From Eledone cirrhosa (taxonomy: Eukaryota), in assembly GCA_964016885.1 (NCBI GenBank), contig OZ024745.1:101556001-101620000 (forward strand): a DNA stretch of 64,000 nucleotides, read 5' to 3'. Below, in pieces: positions 62,848 through 64,000 of the stretch (its first letter is position 1; each line of letters opens with the position of its first letter). The position numbers were made by a program, and so were the translations under genes. The notes under the pieces are model-generated. The model was not told the origin of the DNA and ran no database searches. It saw only the letters and a list, made by a program, of their open reading frames with translations.

Positions 62848-64000
62848 ATCAGTAGCTGTTGCAGAGGTGTCCCTGCTTCATCGAACGGCATGTCGTCCTT
62901 TATCCTCTCGAGCGCAAGCAGCAGCAGTCGGGGCAACATCTTTCTGTCGAAGTTCACACCAACTGTCATCCTCCTCTGCTCTTGCAGCTGCTATCTGCAC
63001 AGCATTCTGTGAGAGCCTGATGGCAGTCACATTTACATCTTCGGTGAGACGTCTTCGCTTAGACCTACTTGCATCATTAGATAATCGACCAATGAAAGTT
63101 ATTTTCTTGGGGGCATTGTTTTTAGAAAATTAACCAGAGAGAACAATAAATAGTGGACAAATAATGTTTAAGTAAGCAAATCTAAATATAGATATAAATT
63201 GTGAAAAAATGTGATAAATCTATGTGGTCTGAGAAAGTGGGTATGTTTTGCAAGATTTTGTGTACCAGTCAAATTTCAGGTTTTAAGTTAGGGGCAACGC
63301 AGCGTACGGACTACCTGTGATAAAGGAAATTAAATAGTGTGGCTACAGTGGTAGGTATATAAGTGTCAGTATGTTTGTTCAGTTCGAACATAGCATTAAG
63401 TAAGTACTAACTATTGAAAGGATACAGGCAAAAATGGCCGAAAAATCACATGATAAACTGGAACCTTATGACTATAAACACATTAACTAAACCTCCTTTA
63501 AGGTGACAAATGTTGAAGAAGCATGCATTTCAGAAACATGGGGTAGCTTATGAGAGTACGAATGTAAAAAAACCTACCACTTGTCAAAAGCCAAAAAAGA
63601 AGTGTAATCCTAGGTCGGACTTGACCAATATAAATAGGAGTGATTTCGCTCAATGAACAACCCTCGAGTTGTCTGATTGGTTAGATAATACAAATAAGTG
63701 TGATGAAATCTACTGAACCATTTTGCACTTAATTGAGGTGCAATTAAACGTGGGAGACAACCGGGTGCAAAAGCTAATCAATCATTTGCACAGCTTAGGC
63801 ATGAGTGTGAAATAGCACAATCCACATACAGTAGGCATTGAAATTTACACCTGGGTTAAATCGCGCTTTCTTGGTTAGGAATGTGAAATGACGCCAAAGT
63901 TCAAGGAAAAAAAATTAACTCCCCATTCCGCTCTTAATTGTGGTGCAATTACACGGGGGAGACAACGGGGTGCAAAATTAAATTCAATCATCCTAAAGTT
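62848..64000 (-). mobile_element. Probable Helitron 5' region with frameshifted start of Rep/Hel ORF
   Basis: Minus strand ATG at about 63116: MPPRK / TFIGRLSNDASRSKRRRLTEDVNVTAIRLSQNAVQIAAARAEEDD resembles the basic/coiled N-termini of animal Helitron proteins. The upstream region has a repeated GGGAGACAACSGGGTGCAAAA. No catalytic motifs are visible. Confidence 0.5.

Noticed and set aside
62867-63133. 88-aa plus-strand ORF as a host gene
   Set aside because: Better explained as the antisense shadow of a Helitron-like N-terminus on the minus strand.

Overview
AT-rich, repeat-dense animal genomic DNA. It is most likely a cephalopod (Octopus-like), inferred from the tRNA-SINE families, the RTE LINEs with (ATG/CAT)n tails and the microsatellite load. 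It is not prokaryotic: no CRISPR, operons, rRNA or true tRNA genes were seen. Most long ORFs belong to broken RTE-clade LINEs (APE endonuclease + RT) of at least two families, and both carry a C4HC3 PHD-finger-like insert inside the RT. The window also holds at least three tRNA-derived SINE families, two TTAA-flanked (piggyBac-type) MITE families, single hAT and Tc1-type MITEs, four non-autonomous Helitrons plus a probable Rep/Hel 5' fragment, and three minisatellite arrays (41, 56 and 40 bp units). There are a few probable exons of an unidentified plus-strand host gene and a CpG-rich promoter-like region at about 15.6-16.9 kb. The most notable signal is a (TA)n-rich cluster at 42.9-45.5 kb with two complete, mutually unrelated type I hammerhead ribozyme folds, a half-hammerhead remnant and long inverted repeats, resembling Penelope/retrozyme relics. 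One hammerhead sits between two inverted young SINEs. Coordinates were counted by eye, and ends of degraded repeats are approximate.
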